Assembly (NCBI GenBank): GCA_031418215.1
Contig: JANOXC010000103.1
Span: forward strand, 47,323-111,322
Direction: 5' to 3'
DNA from: Bacteroidota bacterium
GTDB lineage: Bacteria > Bacteroidota > Bacteroidia > AKYH767-A > OLB10
DNA: 64,000 nucleotides
Shown here: positions 20,226 to 31,512 of the stretch, in pieces
Position numbering within the stretch: position 1 is the stretch's first letter
Layout: the number at the start of each line of letters is the position of its first letter
Notes under the pieces: generated by a model
Seen by the model: only the letters and a program-made list of their open reading frames with translations
Databases searched by the model: none
What the model was told of the DNA's origin: nothing
Program-made: the position numbers and the translations under genes

Positions 20226-21791
20226 ATGTCAAAAGGCACTTCCGATATACTGTTCCGTTTTATTAAATCATTAACTCCTCCTGAAAAAAGGTATTTCAAA
20301 CTATTTGCCGCTCGTCATACCATAGGCAATAAAAACGAATACCTTAAGATGTTTGAAGCCATTGATAAAATGGAAGAATATGATGAACCTGTCCTTAAAC
20401 GCACCTTCCGCAGGTTAAAAGCCAAGAACTCTTTCTCGATCGCAAAAAACAGGTTGTATGAAACCATTCTTCGCAGCCTTGACGCCTATCACTCTGAAAG
20501 CTCTATAGATGTGCAGTTAAGAAGTCAGTTACATTATGCTGAAATACTTTACAAGAAATCCCTTTATGATGAATGCAGTAAAATGTTGGCAAAATCTAAA
20601 AAACTGGCGCAGCGTTATGAAAAACATTCCATCTTACTGGATATATATAAATGGGAAAAGAAACTTATTGAAAAAGACAGTTATGCCACAGTAACAGAAG
20701 TTGACCTTTTGCATTTCCTGGAAGAGGATATGCTGCTGCTTGATAAGATGAATAACTACAGTGATTTCTGGAACCTTAAAAGTCGGCTATTTTTTAAGTT
20801 AAACCGTTACGGAAAAGTACGCGACCTCCGTGAACTAGAAGAATTCAAAACGATTATTGATAATGTCCTGCTAAAAAGTGAAGAAGCTGCCCTTACTTAT
20901 GAAACACGTTGCCTGAATGCACATATATACAGCGCCTATTATTTCGGTATTGGTGATTACATTAACAGTTATCAATATATCAAAAAATACTTGTTATTGA
21001 TGGAGTCCAATCCGGAAATGCTACAGGAAGAACCCAATAAGTATTTCGCAGCCCTTAGTAATATCATCTACCTCTGCACACAACTTCACAAACATCGCGA
21101 AATACTTAAATTTCTTTCCAGGCTAAAAGAGATTCCTGCTATGCTCGGTAAAAAGACAACTGAAGATTTGGAGATAAAATTATTTTCCACCAGCCTCAGT
21201 GCTGAACTTACTTTATATATACAAACAGGGCAGTTTAAAAAGGCAGAAGCCCTGGTTCCCACAGTTATTAGCGGACTAAGAAAATACAAAGACAAAATCA
21301 ATAAAGTCCGCGAAGCATTTTTCTATTTTAATATTGCCATTGTTTATTTTGGATTGGGACAATATAATGAATCCCTGAAGTGGCTGAACCGGCTTTTGAA
21401 CGACAGTGACATGGATGCCAACCAGGATATTTATGCTTTAGCGAGGTTATTTGATTTAGTGGTACATCTCGAAATAGGTAACAATGAATTGATCCCATAC
21501 ACCTTGCGTTCGGTGCAGCGTTATCTAACTAAACGTAAAAGAATGTATAAGTTTGAAGCAGTTTTTCTTGACTTCATCAAGGTGATTGCCCGTTCAGGTA
21601 ATGAAAACTTAAATCACAGCTCTTTCGCACTACTTTATAATGAATTAATCAAACTAAACAAGGATCCGTTTGAAAAACCCGTTTTCGAGTACTTTGATTT
21701 TCTAACCTGGGCAGAAAGCAAACTGAAAAAAACAGGCTTTGCAGAACTTGTTAAACGGAATAGCATCGGCAAGAAAGACATTGCGGCATAA
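20226..21791 (+). CDS. hypothetical cytoplasmic helical (TPR-like) protein of unknown function
   Basis: 521-aa ORF with no signal peptide and all-alpha composition. It follows a 470-bp ORF-free intergenic region. Confidence 0.6.
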   Translation: MSKGTSDILFRFIKSLTPPEKRYFKLFAARHTIGNKNEYLKMFEAIDKMEEYDEPVLKRTFRRLKAKNSFSIAKNRLYETILRSLDAYHSESSIDVQLRSQLHYAEILYKKSLYDECSKMLAKSKKLAQRYEKHSILLDIYKWEKKLIEKDSYATVTEVDLLHFLEEDMLLLDKMNNYSDFWNLKSRLFFKLNRYGKVRDLRELEEFKTIIDNVLLKSEEAALTYETRCLNAHIYSAYYFGIGDYINSYQYIKKYLLLMESNPEMLQEEPNKYFAALSNIIYLCTQLHKHREILKFLSRLKEIPAMLGKKTTEDLEIKLFSTSLSAELTLYIQTGQFKKAEALVPTVISGLRKYKDKINKVREAFFYFNIAIVYFGLGQYNESLKWLNRLLNDSDMDANQDIYALARLFDLVVHLEIGNNELIPYTLRSVQRYLTKRKRMYKFEAVFLDFIKVIARSGNENLNHSSFALLYNELIKLNKDPFEKPVFEYFDFLTWAESKLKKTGFAELVKRNSIGKKDIAA

Positions 21792-21838
21792 AGTGCTTTA
21801 CTTTTCTTTATTATTATCCTGTAACTTCGCCGGCATCT

Positions 21839-23875
21839 ATGCTGACAGAAAACCCTTCACAACATACCAATGAACTCATCCATGAAAGCAGTCCATACCT
21901 GTTGCAACATGCACACAACCCTGTAAACTGGCTTGCATGGAATGAATCCGCTTTAAAAAAAGCTGTTGATGAAAATAAATTGTTGTTGATCAGCATTGGT
22001 TATTCTTCCTGTCATTGGTGTCATGTGATGGAGCATGAGTGTTTCGAAGATGAAGAAACAGCAGCCATCATGAATAAATATTTTATATGTGTTAAAGTTG
22101 ACAGAGAAGAACGTCCCGATGTTGATGCTATATATATGTCGGCAGTACAATTAATAACAGGACGGGGTGGCTGGCCTTTGAATTGCATTACACTCCCAGA
22201 CCAACGTCCAATTTATGGTGGCACCTATTTTCCCAAACAGCAATGGCAGCAAGTGTTGGTACAGGTTGCAACATTATTTGAAAAAGAACCAGATCAATGC
22301 ATACAGTATGCCAGCGACCTCACCCAAGGCGTAAAAAAGATGGAGCTGGTTCAAAAATCAGTTGATTCATTTGATGAGATTGCTATAAACGCAATAGATT
22401 TTGTCAAAAATTTAGCAGCACATTTTGACAAAGAGAACGGCGGCATGAACCGCGCACCTAAATTTCCAATGCCGGCCAACTGGGAATTATTATTGCAACT
22501 GTATTACCATACCGGTAAAAACGAATGTCTGAATCAAGTTGATCTCACCTTAACAAAAATGGCTTATGGTGGTATTTATGACCAGCTGGCTGGTGGTTTT
22601 GCAAGATACTCAACAGATAATTTTTGGAAAGTGCCACACTTTGAAAAAATGTTGTATGACAATGCACAATTAGTTTCACTTTACTCCAATGCATTCCTGG
22701 TAACAGGAAATGCTTTATACAAATCGGTGGTTTATGAAACGTTGGAATTTATTTCTCATGAAATGACATCTTCAGAAGGCGGCTTCTATTCAGCATTAGA
22801 TGCCGACAGTGAAGGCATGGAAGGCAAATATTATATCTGGAAAAAAGCTGAAATTGAAAATATATTAGTCGAACATGCAGTAGTTTTCTGTGATTATTAC
22901 AATGTGAACGAATTGGGTTATTTGGAAGACGACTACTATATATTGTTGCGTGATAAAGAGAATAAAGAGATTTCATCCAACCATAATATTACTGAAAAGC
23001 AATTGCATATTATTATTGCCGAATGTAAAAAATTATTGAATGAAGAAAGATTTAAGCGCATTCGTCCCGGACTGGATGACAAGCAAATCTGTTCCTGGAA
23101 TGCATTAATGCTGAAAGGATATACGGATGCTTATGTTGCGTTTAATGAAGAACATTTTTTAAAAACTGCATTAAAAAATGCGACATTGCTATTTGAAAAA
23201 TTCTCGTTGGGGGACCATCTTTTTCGCATCTATAAAGAAGGCAATGCAAAAATCAATGGCTATCTGGAAGATTATGCATTAGTAATTGAAGCATTTATTG
23301 CATTGTATCAATGTACAGGCAATCTGCAATGGCTGTCAAAATCCAGGTCTTTGACTACAATTGTTTTGGATGAGTTTTATGATGTAGAAAGCGGCATGTT
23401 TTATTTTACATCAAAAAAAGACAATCCACTCATTGCCCGTAAAATGGAGATTCAGGATAATGTTATTTCATCTGCCAATTCTACCATGGCAAAAAACCTG
23501 ATTCGCTTAAGTCATTATTACTCATTGCCGGAATTTTCAGCCATTGCCAAACAGATGATTGCAAATATTTCTGAAGACATTACCAAGAATACCCCATGGT
23601 ATAGCAATTGGGCCCAAGCTGCTTTGCTATTGAAAAACACGATTTATGAAGTAGTGATTTTTGGAAACGAAGCAACCCTTTTTTATAAAGAATTTTCAAA
23701 ACACTTTTTACCAAATGTTTTATTTGCATTTTCGACAGAAGAAAACTCCTTGCCTGTTTTTGAAAACCGTTTTGTAAAAGGCGAAACACTGATCTATATA
23801 TGCCGCGACAATAGCTGTTTGGCTCCTGTAAAGTCTGTTGGTGAGGCATTGAAATTATTAAAATCAGAAAATTGA
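21839..23875 (+). CDS. thioredoxin domain-containing protein (DUF255/YyaL family)
   Basis: The N-terminal thioredoxin-like region has the CHWCH motif. It is followed by an (alpha/alpha)6-barrel-like region. The protein is 678 aa. Confidence 0.85.
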   Translation: MLTENPSQHTNELIHESSPYLLQHAHNPVNWLAWNESALKKAVDENKLLLISIGYSSCHWCHVMEHECFEDEETAAIMNKYFICVKVDREERPDVDAIYMSAVQLITGRGGWPLNCITLPDQRPIYGGTYFPKQQWQQVLVQVATLFEKEPDQCIQYASDLTQGVKKMELVQKSVDSFDEIAINAIDFVKNLAAHFDKENGGMNRAPKFPMPANWELLLQLYYHTGKNECLNQVDLTLTKMAYGGIYDQLAGGFARYSTDNFWKVPHFEKMLYDNAQLVSLYSNAFLVTGNALYKSVVYETLEFISHEMTSSEGGFYSALDADSEGMEGKYYIWKKAEIENILVEHAVVFCDYYNVNELGYLEDDYYILLRDKENKEISSNHNITEKQLHIIIAECKKLLNEERFKRIRPGLDDKQICSWNALMLKGYTDAYVAFNEEHFLKTALKNATLLFEKFSLGDHLFRIYKEGNAKINGYLEDYALVIEAFIALYQCTGNLQWLSKSRSLTTIVLDEFYDVESGMFYFTSKKDNPLIARKMEIQDNVISSANSTMAKNLIRLSHYYSLPEFSAIAKQMIANISEDITKNTPWYSNWAQAALLLKNTIYEVVIFGNEATLFYKEFSKHFLPNVLFAFSTEENSLPVFENRFVKGETLIYICRDNSCLAPVKSVGEALKLLKSEN

Positions 23876-23904
23876 TTTGCAAATTCATTAGCCCGGTAAT
23901 TAAT

Positions 23905-23959
23905 AGAACAGGAATTAATTCCTGTTCTAAAAAAAACGGGGAACAAAATTCCCCGTTTT
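23905..23959. terminator. bidirectional rho-independent terminator pair: palindrome AGAACAGGAATTAATTCCTGTTCT, then A8, then CGGGGAACAAAATTCCCCG, then TTTT
   Basis: The structure is seen directly in the sequence. It lies between the convergent DUF255 gene (+) and recQ (-). Each hairpin has a U-run on the appropriate strand. Confidence 0.75.
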
Positions 23960-23981
23960 AAAAATCTAACATCAAGTTCTA

Positions 23982-26174
23982 TTAATTCCCCAACTCACTC
24001 ATAAACTTTATGCGCATGAGTCGAATATCATCTTCACTGTAATCATCTTCTCCAAGTTCAGCAAGGGCGTCCTCCACTGAGTCGGTTTCAGCAGTGCGGA
24101 AATAATCATAAACTTCATCCTGTCTGTCTTCATCAATCACTTCATTGATGTAATAATTAATATCAATTTTTGTACCTGACGAAACGATGGTTTCAATTTC
24201 ACCCAGCAAATCACGCAGCGGCATTCCTTTGGCACGCGCCATATCGTTCAATGAAATTTTACGGTCGATATTCTGAATGATGTAAACCTTTAATACACTT
24301 TTGTTGGCAACACTTTTAATGATGAGATCCATTGGGCGTTCAATCTCATTTTCCTCCACATAATGCTGAATCATTTCAATAAAAGGCTTTCCATACTTTG
24401 AAGCCTTACCACCTCCCACACCTGTGATGTTTTTCATTTCCTCCATGGTGATGGGATAATTCGTCGCCATCTCTTCTAATGAAGGATCTTGGAAAATTAC
24501 GAAAGGAGGAAGATTTAATCGCTTAGCCTCATTCTTCCGCATATCTTTCAGCATGGCAAACAATTCTTCATCTGCAGCACCGCCACCACCTACTCCGGAG
24601 AAATCATCATCTTCATCAGTCTCCGTATTTTCAAAATTGGCATCCAGCGCAATTTTAAATGTCGTTGGATTTTTCAAATATGCTTTAGCCTTGTCGCTAA
24701 ACTTCAACAATCCGTAATTATCAATATCCTTAGTAAGCAGCCCGGCTAATAATGCCTGACGGATTAATGCAGTCCAGAATCGCTCATTCTGATCAATGCC
24801 TTCACCGAATATTTCCAGCTTATCATGTTTATAGGTCTTCACAGCTTGGTCTGTTTTACCTACCAATACATTGACCACATGCTCTGACTGGTGTTTTTCT
24901 TTCACTGCCAACACTGCTTCCAGCATCAACTTTAATTCTTCTTGCGCTTCCACCATTTGTTTTGGATGAATACAGTTATCACAACTTTGGCAGTTATCCT
25001 GATCGTAATGCTCTCCAAAATAATGTAACAGTACTCTCCTCCGGCAAACGGAAGTTTCTGCATACCCAACTGTATCCAATAACAATTGCTTCCCAATTTC
25101 CTGCTCAGCAACCGGTTTGCCTTTCATGAATTTCTCCAATTTCTCAATGTCCTTGTAACTATAAAAACAAACACATTTTCCTTCACGTCCATCTCTGCCA
25201 GCCCTTCCTGTCTCTTGGTAATATCCTTCAAGGCTTTTTGGAATATCGTGGTGTATAACAAAACGTACATCGGGCTTATCGATACCCATTCCAAAAGCAA
25301 TTGTGGCCACTATCACATCCACATCTTCCATCAGAAACATATCCTGGTGTTTGGCGCGGGTAGTTGCATCCAGCCCGGCATGATAGGGTAAAGCTTTTAC
25401 TCCATTTACTGTTAATGTTTGTGCAACCTCCTCCACTTTCTTCCGGCTCAGGCAATAAATGATTCCTGATTTACCGGAGTTCTGTTTTACGAACTTGATA
25501 ATTTCTTTAATAACATTAATCTTCGGACGTATTTCGTAATATAAGTTAGGTCGGTTAAATGATGCTTTGAAAACGGTAGCATCCATCATGCCCAGGTTCT
25601 TTTGAATGTCGGCCTGTACTTTTTCCGTTGCCGTAGCTGTAAGCGCTATGATTGGCACTTCCCCAATCATCTCAATAATCGGTCTAAGTCGGCGGTATTC
25701 AGGACGGAAATCATGGCCCCACTCGGAGATACAATGTGCTTCATCAATGGCAAAAAATGAAATATTGACTTCCTTGAGAAATTTAATATTTTCCTCTTTA
25801 GTCAAAGACTCAGGTGCTACAAAGAGCAACTTTGTCTTTTCATCCATTATGTCTTTCCTGACCTTGGTTATTTCCAATTTGGAGAGCGATGAATTCATGA
25901 AGTGTGCCACACCGTCTTCTGTATTAAAACCACGGATGCTATCCACCTGGTTCTTCATCAATGCAATTAATGGAGAAATTATAACGGCGGTGCCAGGGCT
26001 CATTAAAGCAGGCAACTGATAACACATTGACTTACCACCACCTGTCGGCATAATTACAAAAGTATTTTTGCGCTCCAACACATTTTTTATAACGGCTTCT
26101 TGGTCGCCTTTAAACGACTCATAACCAAAAAATTTATTCAAAGCATCAATAAGGGTATTCTCGGCAACTAACAT
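23982..26174 (-). CDS. recQ: ATP-dependent DNA helicase RecQ
   Basis: It has the DEAH box (DEAHCISEWGHDFRPEY), an RQC zinc-binding Cys cluster and a C-terminal HRDC-like region. The protein is 730 aa. Confidence 0.95.
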   Translation of the reverse strand: MLVAENTLIDALNKFFGYESFKGDQEAVIKNVLERKNTFVIMPTGGGKSMCYQLPALMSPGTAVIISPLIALMKNQVDSIRGFNTEDGVAHFMNSSLSKLEITKVRKDIMDEKTKLLFVAPESLTKEENIKFLKEVNISFFAIDEAHCISEWGHDFRPEYRRLRPIIEMIGEVPIIALTATATEKVQADIQKNLGMMDATVFKASFNRPNLYYEIRPKINVIKEIIKFVKQNSGKSGIIYCLSRKKVEEVAQTLTVNGVKALPYHAGLDATTRAKHQDMFLMEDVDVIVATIAFGMGIDKPDVRFVIHHDIPKSLEGYYQETGRAGRDGREGKCVCFYSYKDIEKLEKFMKGKPVAEQEIGKQLLLDTVGYAETSVCRRRVLLHYFGEHYDQDNCQSCDNCIHPKQMVEAQEELKLMLEAVLAVKEKHQSEHVVNVLVGKTDQAVKTYKHDKLEIFGEGIDQNERFWTALIRQALLAGLLTKDIDNYGLLKFSDKAKAYLKNPTTFKIALDANFENTETDEDDDFSGVGGGGAADEELFAMLKDMRKNEAKRLNLPPFVIFQDPSLEEMATNYPITMEEMKNITGVGGGKASKYGKPFIEMIQHYVEENEIERPMDLIIKSVANKSVLKVYIIQNIDRKISLNDMARAKGMPLRDLLGEIETIVSSGTKIDINYYINEVIDEDRQDEVYDYFRTAETDSVEDALAELGEDDYSEDDIRLMRIKFMSELGN

Positions 26175-26311
26175 GTTTTACAGCAGGATTTTTTTAAGGA
26201 TTGCAAAGATAACAGAATATTAATTGGATGCTAATAATATTTAGCCTCCTTGAAAATTCAATTTATTGCGTATTCATAACAATAAAGTTATGATTATTAT
26301 CATAGTAAACA

Positions 26312-26319
26312 TCTAAGCA
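26312..26319 (+). promoter_or_regulatory. candidate Bacteroidota sigma-A -7 element (TATTTTTG = TAnnTTTG) upstream of kpsF
   Basis: It matches the TAnnTTTG consensus and sits 70 nt upstream of the kpsF start. No clear -33 element is present. Confidence 0.25.
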
Positions 26320-26388
26320 TATATTTTTGCAACACTTTGTGAATTTATTAAAAAAAACATCATAATTACTTTTTAACCAAATTTTTTT

Positions 26389-27354
26389 GTGAAAGGAGAG
26401 CGCCAGATAGTTGAGATTGCCAAGCGGACACTTGAAATAGAGGCCGATTCGGTAAAAGGGCTAACGAAATTTATCGATAAAAATTTTGTAGCTGTTGTCA
26501 AGCTTATAGTTGAATCCAAAGGCCGTGTGGTGGTGAGTGGCATAGGTAAAAGCGCCATCATTGCGCAAAAACTCACTGCAACTTTTAACTCCACAGGCAC
26601 CCCTTCAGTTTTCATGCATGCTGCCGATGCCATTCATGGCGATTTGGGTACCATTCAAAAAAATGATGTGGTATTATTAATCAGCAACAGTGGTAATACA
26701 CCTGAAATCAAGGTGCTGGCTCCTTTGATTAAGAATGGTGGAAATATTTTGGTGGGCATAGTAGGCAATATAGCTAGTTTCTTATCAGATCAGGCTGATT
26801 ATGTATTGAATGCCTCAGTAAAAAAAGAAGCCTGCCCTTTGAATCTGGCACCAACCAGCAGCACAACAGCACAGCTTGCCATGGGCGATGCGCTTGCCGT
26901 TTGTCTTTTGGAACACCGTGGATTTACCAAGTCCGACTTCGCCCGCTACCATCCCGGCGGCGCATTGGGCAAACGTCTATACCTTAAAGTAGAAGATTTA
27001 TATGCCCAAAATCCCAAGCCTTCAGTTTCAAAAAACGCCTCCATTAATGATGTGATACTTGAGATTTCATCTAAGCGTCTGGGTGTGACAGCCGTTCTGA
27101 ATAAAAAAACACTGGAAGGAATTATCACTGATGGTGACTTGCGCAGGATGATGCAGCAGCATAAAACTTTTGTGAAGCTTACTGCAAAAGATATTATGAC
27201 AACTAAACCTAAAACAGTAAGCCGCGACTCCATGGCTGTTGAAGCTTTACAGTTAATGAAAGCCAGCAATATCACACAGTTGGTTGTACTTGATAATAAA
27301 ACATTCCTTGGGTTTATTCATTTACATGATTTATTGAAAGAGGGAATAATTTAA
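26389..27354 (+). CDS. kpsF: KpsF/GutQ family arabinose-5-phosphate isomerase (SIS plus tandem CBS domains)
   Basis: The SIS motif (GRVVVSGIGKS) is followed by CBS domains. The only in-frame start is GTG. Confidence 0.85.
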   Translation: MKGERQIVEIAKRTLEIEADSVKGLTKFIDKNFVAVVKLIVESKGRVVVSGIGKSAIIAQKLTATFNSTGTPSVFMHAADAIHGDLGTIQKNDVVLLISNSGNTPEIKVLAPLIKNGGNILVGIVGNIASFLSDQADYVLNASVKKEACPLNLAPTSSTTAQLAMGDALAVCLLEHRGFTKSDFARYHPGGALGKRLYLKVEDLYAQNPKPSVSKNASINDVILEISSKRLGVTAVLNKKTLEGIITDGDLRRMMQQHKTFVKLTAKDIMTTKPKTVSRDSMAVEALQLMKASNITQLVVLDNKTFLGFIHLHDLLKEGII

Positions 27355-27355
27355 C

Positions 27356-27488
27356 ATCAACGAATTACGATTTCATCAACTAATTACGAATAAAATACGA
27401 ATTTACGAATAGGTATATTTTTAACCGGCAATCACACTCCCCACTAAACACAATTAGTAAAATTAGTAACTATTCGTAATTCGTTGAT
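27356..27488. promoter_or_regulatory. 15-bp perfect inverted repeat (ATCAACGAATTACGA / TCGTAATTCGTTGAT) enclosing three direct TACGAAT repeats; kpsF-tatC intergenic region
   Basis: The repeats are seen directly in the sequence. The right arm ends 16 bp before the tatC ATG. Confidence 0.45.
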
Positions 27489-27503
27489 CCCATTATATAT
27501 ATT

Positions 27504-28322
27504 ATGAAAAACAGACTATCCAATGAAATGACCTTCCTGCAGCACCTGGAAGCTTTACGTTGGCATATTGTCCGGTCAGTTATTGCAATTCTTACCTTTG
27601 CAACAATTGCTTTTTTAAACAAGGAATTTATTTTTGACGACATCATACTGGCACCTAAGAATTCCAGCTTTTTAACGTACAGAATATTGTGCTCACTGTC
27701 TCAGAAATACAATCTCGACATGTGCTTTGATCAGATTAACTTCAAGATCATTAGTACCGATCTGTCGGGGCAATTTACCATGCACATGTGGGTGGCATTT
27801 GTAGTTGGATTCATTATTGCCTTTCCTTATTTCATTTGGGAGATTTGGCGTTTTATTAAACCTGCATTAAGTGCAAAAGAACAGAAATACTCCAGAGGAA
27901 TTGTCTTTGCGGTTTCCTTTTTGTTTCTGGTGGGGCTATCATTCGGCTATTACATCATAGCGCCTATGTCAATTAATTTTCTTGGGAATTATCAGGTTAG
28001 CAGTGAAGTCCAAAACCAAATCACACTCGATTCTTACATCAGTACCGTTACAATTTTATCACTTTCGTCAGGTTTGGTTTTTGAATTACCAATGATAGTT
28101 TACTTTCTTTCAAAACTCGGTGTGATCACACCTGAGTTCATGCGTAAATATCGAAAACATGCGATGATTGTCAATTTAATTATTGCAGCATTTATCACTC
28201 CATCGCCTGACGTAACAAGTATGATGTTGGTTGCAATTCCACTTTTTCTATTATATGAAATAAGTATATATGTATCAAGGGCGGTGACTTTCAAAAAACG
28301 GAAGGCTGAAAAAATAAATTGA
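27504..28322 (+). CDS. tatC: twin-arginine translocase subunit TatC
   Basis: It has 6 TM helices and the TatC family signature. The protein is 272 aa. Confidence 0.9.
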   Translation: MKNRLSNEMTFLQHLEALRWHIVRSVIAILTFATIAFLNKEFIFDDIILAPKNSSFLTYRILCSLSQKYNLDMCFDQINFKIISTDLSGQFTMHMWVAFVVGFIIAFPYFIWEIWRFIKPALSAKEQKYSRGIVFAVSFLFLVGLSFGYYIIAPMSINFLGNYQVSSEVQNQITLDSYISTVTILSLSSGLVFELPMIVYFLSKLGVITPEFMRKYRKHAMIVNLIIAAFITPSPDVTSMMLVAIPLFLLYEISIYVSRAVTFKKRKAEKIN

Positions 28323-28388
28323 AGATGGAGAAATGTAAATCAAAAAACCTTAACCAATAAACTTTAAAACAAAAACCTTAAACTTTCA

Positions 28389-28736
28389 ATGGGCAAACTG
28401 GCTGAAGAATTTAATTCCTATCGTTCCCGCATGAATGCAAAAATTCTTGCACAGGGAAACGTGAACATCAAACGTTTGTATAATCTGGATACCAATACGT
28501 ATACTGATGGCGCTTTGTCTTTAAAGTCAAAAGAAATGATGGGTTTAGTGGCTTCCATGGTTTTACGATGTGATGACTGTATCCGATATCATCTCGAAAA
28601 ATGTCATTCTGCCGGCTTAACAACAGATGAATTATTTGAGATTTTTATGGTTGCCAACCTGGTCGGCGGCACTATTGTTATCCCTCATACACGAAGGGCA
28701 CTTGAGTACTGGGAAGATTTGTTAACTTTGGAGTGA
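28389..28736 (+). CDS. carboxymuconolactone decarboxylase (AhpD-like) family protein
   Basis: The CxxC-H motif (CDDCIRYH) is typical of the CMD/AhpD fold. The protein is 115 aa. Confidence 0.75.
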   Translation: MGKLAEEFNSYRSRMNAKILAQGNVNIKRLYNLDTNTYTDGALSLKSKEMMGLVASMVLRCDDCIRYHLEKCHSAGLTTDELFEIFMVANLVGGTIVIPHTRRALEYWEDLLTLE

Positions 28737-31291
28737 ATTCACATCCGAAAAGATATCACAACTACTTCTTATTGTTTATGACGCTCGTTTTCAGCAAAAA
28801 ACATTTCCTGTTTTTCTTCTTTTTGTTTTTTGCATACCTGGTGGTTCCTGCACAAATAACCAATATTAGTGGCAAGGTAACAGATGCTTTAACCAATGAA
28901 CCCATCCCTTTTGCAACTATTGTTTTAAAAGGATCAACTATTGGCACCAATACGGGGATGGATGGGAACTACAGTTTGATCACCACTACACCAACAGATT
29001 CTATCATTTGTACGATGTTAGGTTACCGCAATGTAACACTAAGGGTGAAAAAAGGTCAGGTGCAAAAAGCAAATTTTGCCATGAAGGCCAGTTATTACGA
29101 TTTAAAAGAAGTGGAAATCAAAGCAGGAGAAAATCCGGCTAATGTAATTTTACGCAACATCATTAAACATAAAGATGAAAATGATCCCGCAAAATTAGAG
29201 ACCTACCAGTTTGAAGTTTACAACAAAGTGGAATTTGATGTAACTAATATCACAGAAAAATTCAAATCGAAAAAGTTATTAAAACCATTTGCATTTATCT
29301 GGGATAACATTGATAGTACAGAAACAAACAGCAAACCATTTCTTCCGTTTTTCATTTCAGAAACCATGTCAGATATTTATTTTAAAAATAACCCCAAGGC
29401 TAAAAAAGAGGTTATTAAAGGCAGTAAGATTTCAGGACTGGAAAACACTTCCATCACACAATTTTTAGGTGATATGTATCAACGCGTTGATATCTATCAG
29501 AATTACATTGACCTTTTCAACAAAGCTTTTGTCAGCCCCATTTCAGATCTTGGGCTTTTGTATTATAAATACTATTTAATTGACAGCACTTTTATTAACG
29601 ACCAATGGTGTTATAAATTAAAGTTTAAACCGCGCCGTGTTCAGGAATTAACCTTTACCGGTGACTTTTGGGTCCATGATACTACCTGGGCTGTTAAAAA
29701 AATTAATATGCGTATTGCCGAAGATGCCAACATTAACTGGATTGATGATATGGCAATTGTGCAGGAATATACAAGAGTTGACAACAAGCAATGGATGTTA
29801 TCGAAAGACATGCTTGTTATTGATTTTGCGGCCCGGGAAGAGGGCATGGGATTTATTGGGCGTAAAACAACATCTTATAAAAAATTTCTTTTTAATCAGC
29901 CCATCAATGATGAGATCTTTAATGGTACGGAAAACATTGTAGTTGTTGATGAAGCGCTCTCCCGAACAAACGACTTTTGGGATAAAGAAAGACATGACAG
30001 CTTAAACGAACGTGAACAGAAAATTTATCACCTGGTTGACACCATTAAAACCTTACCTGCTTTTAAAACTTATGTCGACATCATTACGCTTTTCTTTACC
30101 GGTTATTATACAACAGGATACTTTGATCTTGGGCCCTATTACACCTTTTTTAGCTTTAATAATATCGAAGGTGCCAGATTTCGTATCAGCGCACGAACGA
30201 GCAACAAATTCAGTACCAGACTTGAATTAAACGGAGGGTTGGCATACGGAACAAAAGATATGAATTTCAAATATGCATATGGCTTCCGATATATGCTTTC
30301 AAAAAAACCAAGGCAATTTATTGGGTTCAGTTATCGGGATGATGTGCAACAATTAGGACAAAGTGATAATGCTTTCCAGGATGACAATATATTAACAAGT
30401 ATATTCAGAACTTCTCCCGCCAACAAATTAACACATACTAAGGTCACTAAATCCTGGTATGAAAGGGAATGGATACCAGGCTTTTCAAACAAGATCATGT
30501 TGATGCACGGTGTTATTTCTCCACTTGGCTCACTCGATTATTCTTATTACACCAATCCTGAACATACTGAAGTAGAAGAAAATATCAGAGCCACGGAGTT
30601 GTCCATCAATACAAGGTTTTTATATAGAGAGAAATTTATCAATGGTAAAATGGACCGTGTAAGCATTGGAAGCGCCTACCCAACGTTGCAAGTAAATGTT
30701 GGCCTTGGTATAAAAGATTTCATGCAAGGGAATTTCGAGTATCAGAAACTGATGGTCAAAATCGATGACCAGATAAAAATTAAACCATTTGGCTACACCT
30801 ATTACGTTTTACAATTCGGTAAAATTTGGAAAACAGTTCCCTACCCTTTGCTTGAAAATCATCCTGGAAATGAAAGTTACTTTTATGATTTTGCAGCGTA
30901 TAATATGATGCAGTATTACGAATTTGTCAGCGACTTTTATGTAAGCATGTATGCAACACATCACTTTGATGGATTTTTTCTTGACAAAATACCATTGATG
31001 CGGAAATTAAAATGGCGTGAGCTTGCAGGGATTAAAGCTGTAAGTGGTAGTCTTAGTGAAGCAAACAGGGACATCCTAACCAATCCAAATGCATTTTCTT
31101 CGCTTACTAAACCTTACATTGAAACGAATCTTGGCGTAGAAAACATTTTTAAAATAATACGTGTGGACTTTATTTGGAGACTATCCTATATTGATAAAGA
31201 TTATATCAATTTATACAAAATAAGAAATGGTCCTGACGCCATAACTCCCAGTCAATTTGGAATCCGCGCAAGTCTTCAATTGGTATTCTGA
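28733..31291 (+). CDS. DUF5686 protein with an N-terminal carboxypeptidase-regulatory-like domain (outer-membrane associated)
   Basis: It has a signal peptide and a CarbopepD_reg-like N-domain (GKVTDALTNEPIPFATIVLKGS...GNYSL), followed by a long beta-rich domain. It starts at GTG and overlaps the upstream gene by 4 bp. Confidence 0.7.
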   Translation: MNSHPKRYHNYFLLFMTLVFSKKHFLFFFFLFFAYLVVPAQITNISGKVTDALTNEPIPFATIVLKGSTIGTNTGMDGNYSLITTTPTDSIICTMLGYRNVTLRVKKGQVQKANFAMKASYYDLKEVEIKAGENPANVILRNIIKHKDENDPAKLETYQFEVYNKVEFDVTNITEKFKSKKLLKPFAFIWDNIDSTETNSKPFLPFFISETMSDIYFKNNPKAKKEVIKGSKISGLENTSITQFLGDMYQRVDIYQNYIDLFNKAFVSPISDLGLLYYKYYLIDSTFINDQWCYKLKFKPRRVQELTFTGDFWVHDTTWAVKKINMRIAEDANINWIDDMAIVQEYTRVDNKQWMLSKDMLVIDFAAREEGMGFIGRKTTSYKKFLFNQPINDEIFNGTENIVVVDEALSRTNDFWDKERHDSLNEREQKIYHLVDTIKTLPAFKTYVDIITLFFTGYYTTGYFDLGPYYTFFSFNNIEGARFRISARTSNKFSTRLELNGGLAYGTKDMNFKYAYGFRYMLSKKPRQFIGFSYRDDVQQLGQSDNAFQDDNILTSIFRTSPANKLTHTKVTKSWYEREWIPGFSNKIMLMHGVISPLGSLDYSYYTNPEHTEVEENIRATELSINTRFLYREKFINGKMDRVSIGSAYPTLQVNVGLGIKDFMQGNFEYQKLMVKIDDQIKIKPFGYTYYVLQFGKIWKTVPYPLLENHPGNESYFYDFAAYNMMQYYEFVSDFYVSMYATHHFDGFFLDKIPLMRKLKWRELAGIKAVSGSLSEANRDILTNPNAFSSLTKPYIETNLGVENIFKIIRVDFIWRLSYIDKDYINLYKIRNGPDAITPSQFGIRASLQLVF

Positions 31292-31512
31292 TAAACTTTA
31301 CTTTTGCTGACAGTTGAGATTTTCAATCAGGAAAATAAAACCTTAGGAATAGTAATAAAAAACAGCATGCAGTGACATTAACCTTTTACAATTGGCAATT
31401 AGCAAACAACTTATTTAACAATTTCAAACTTTTTCAACGGCGAAGCCCTCACCGCAGGTAAACAATTGTAACTAGCTTAAACAAAAAACTTTAAACTTTA
31501 AACCAAAAACCC

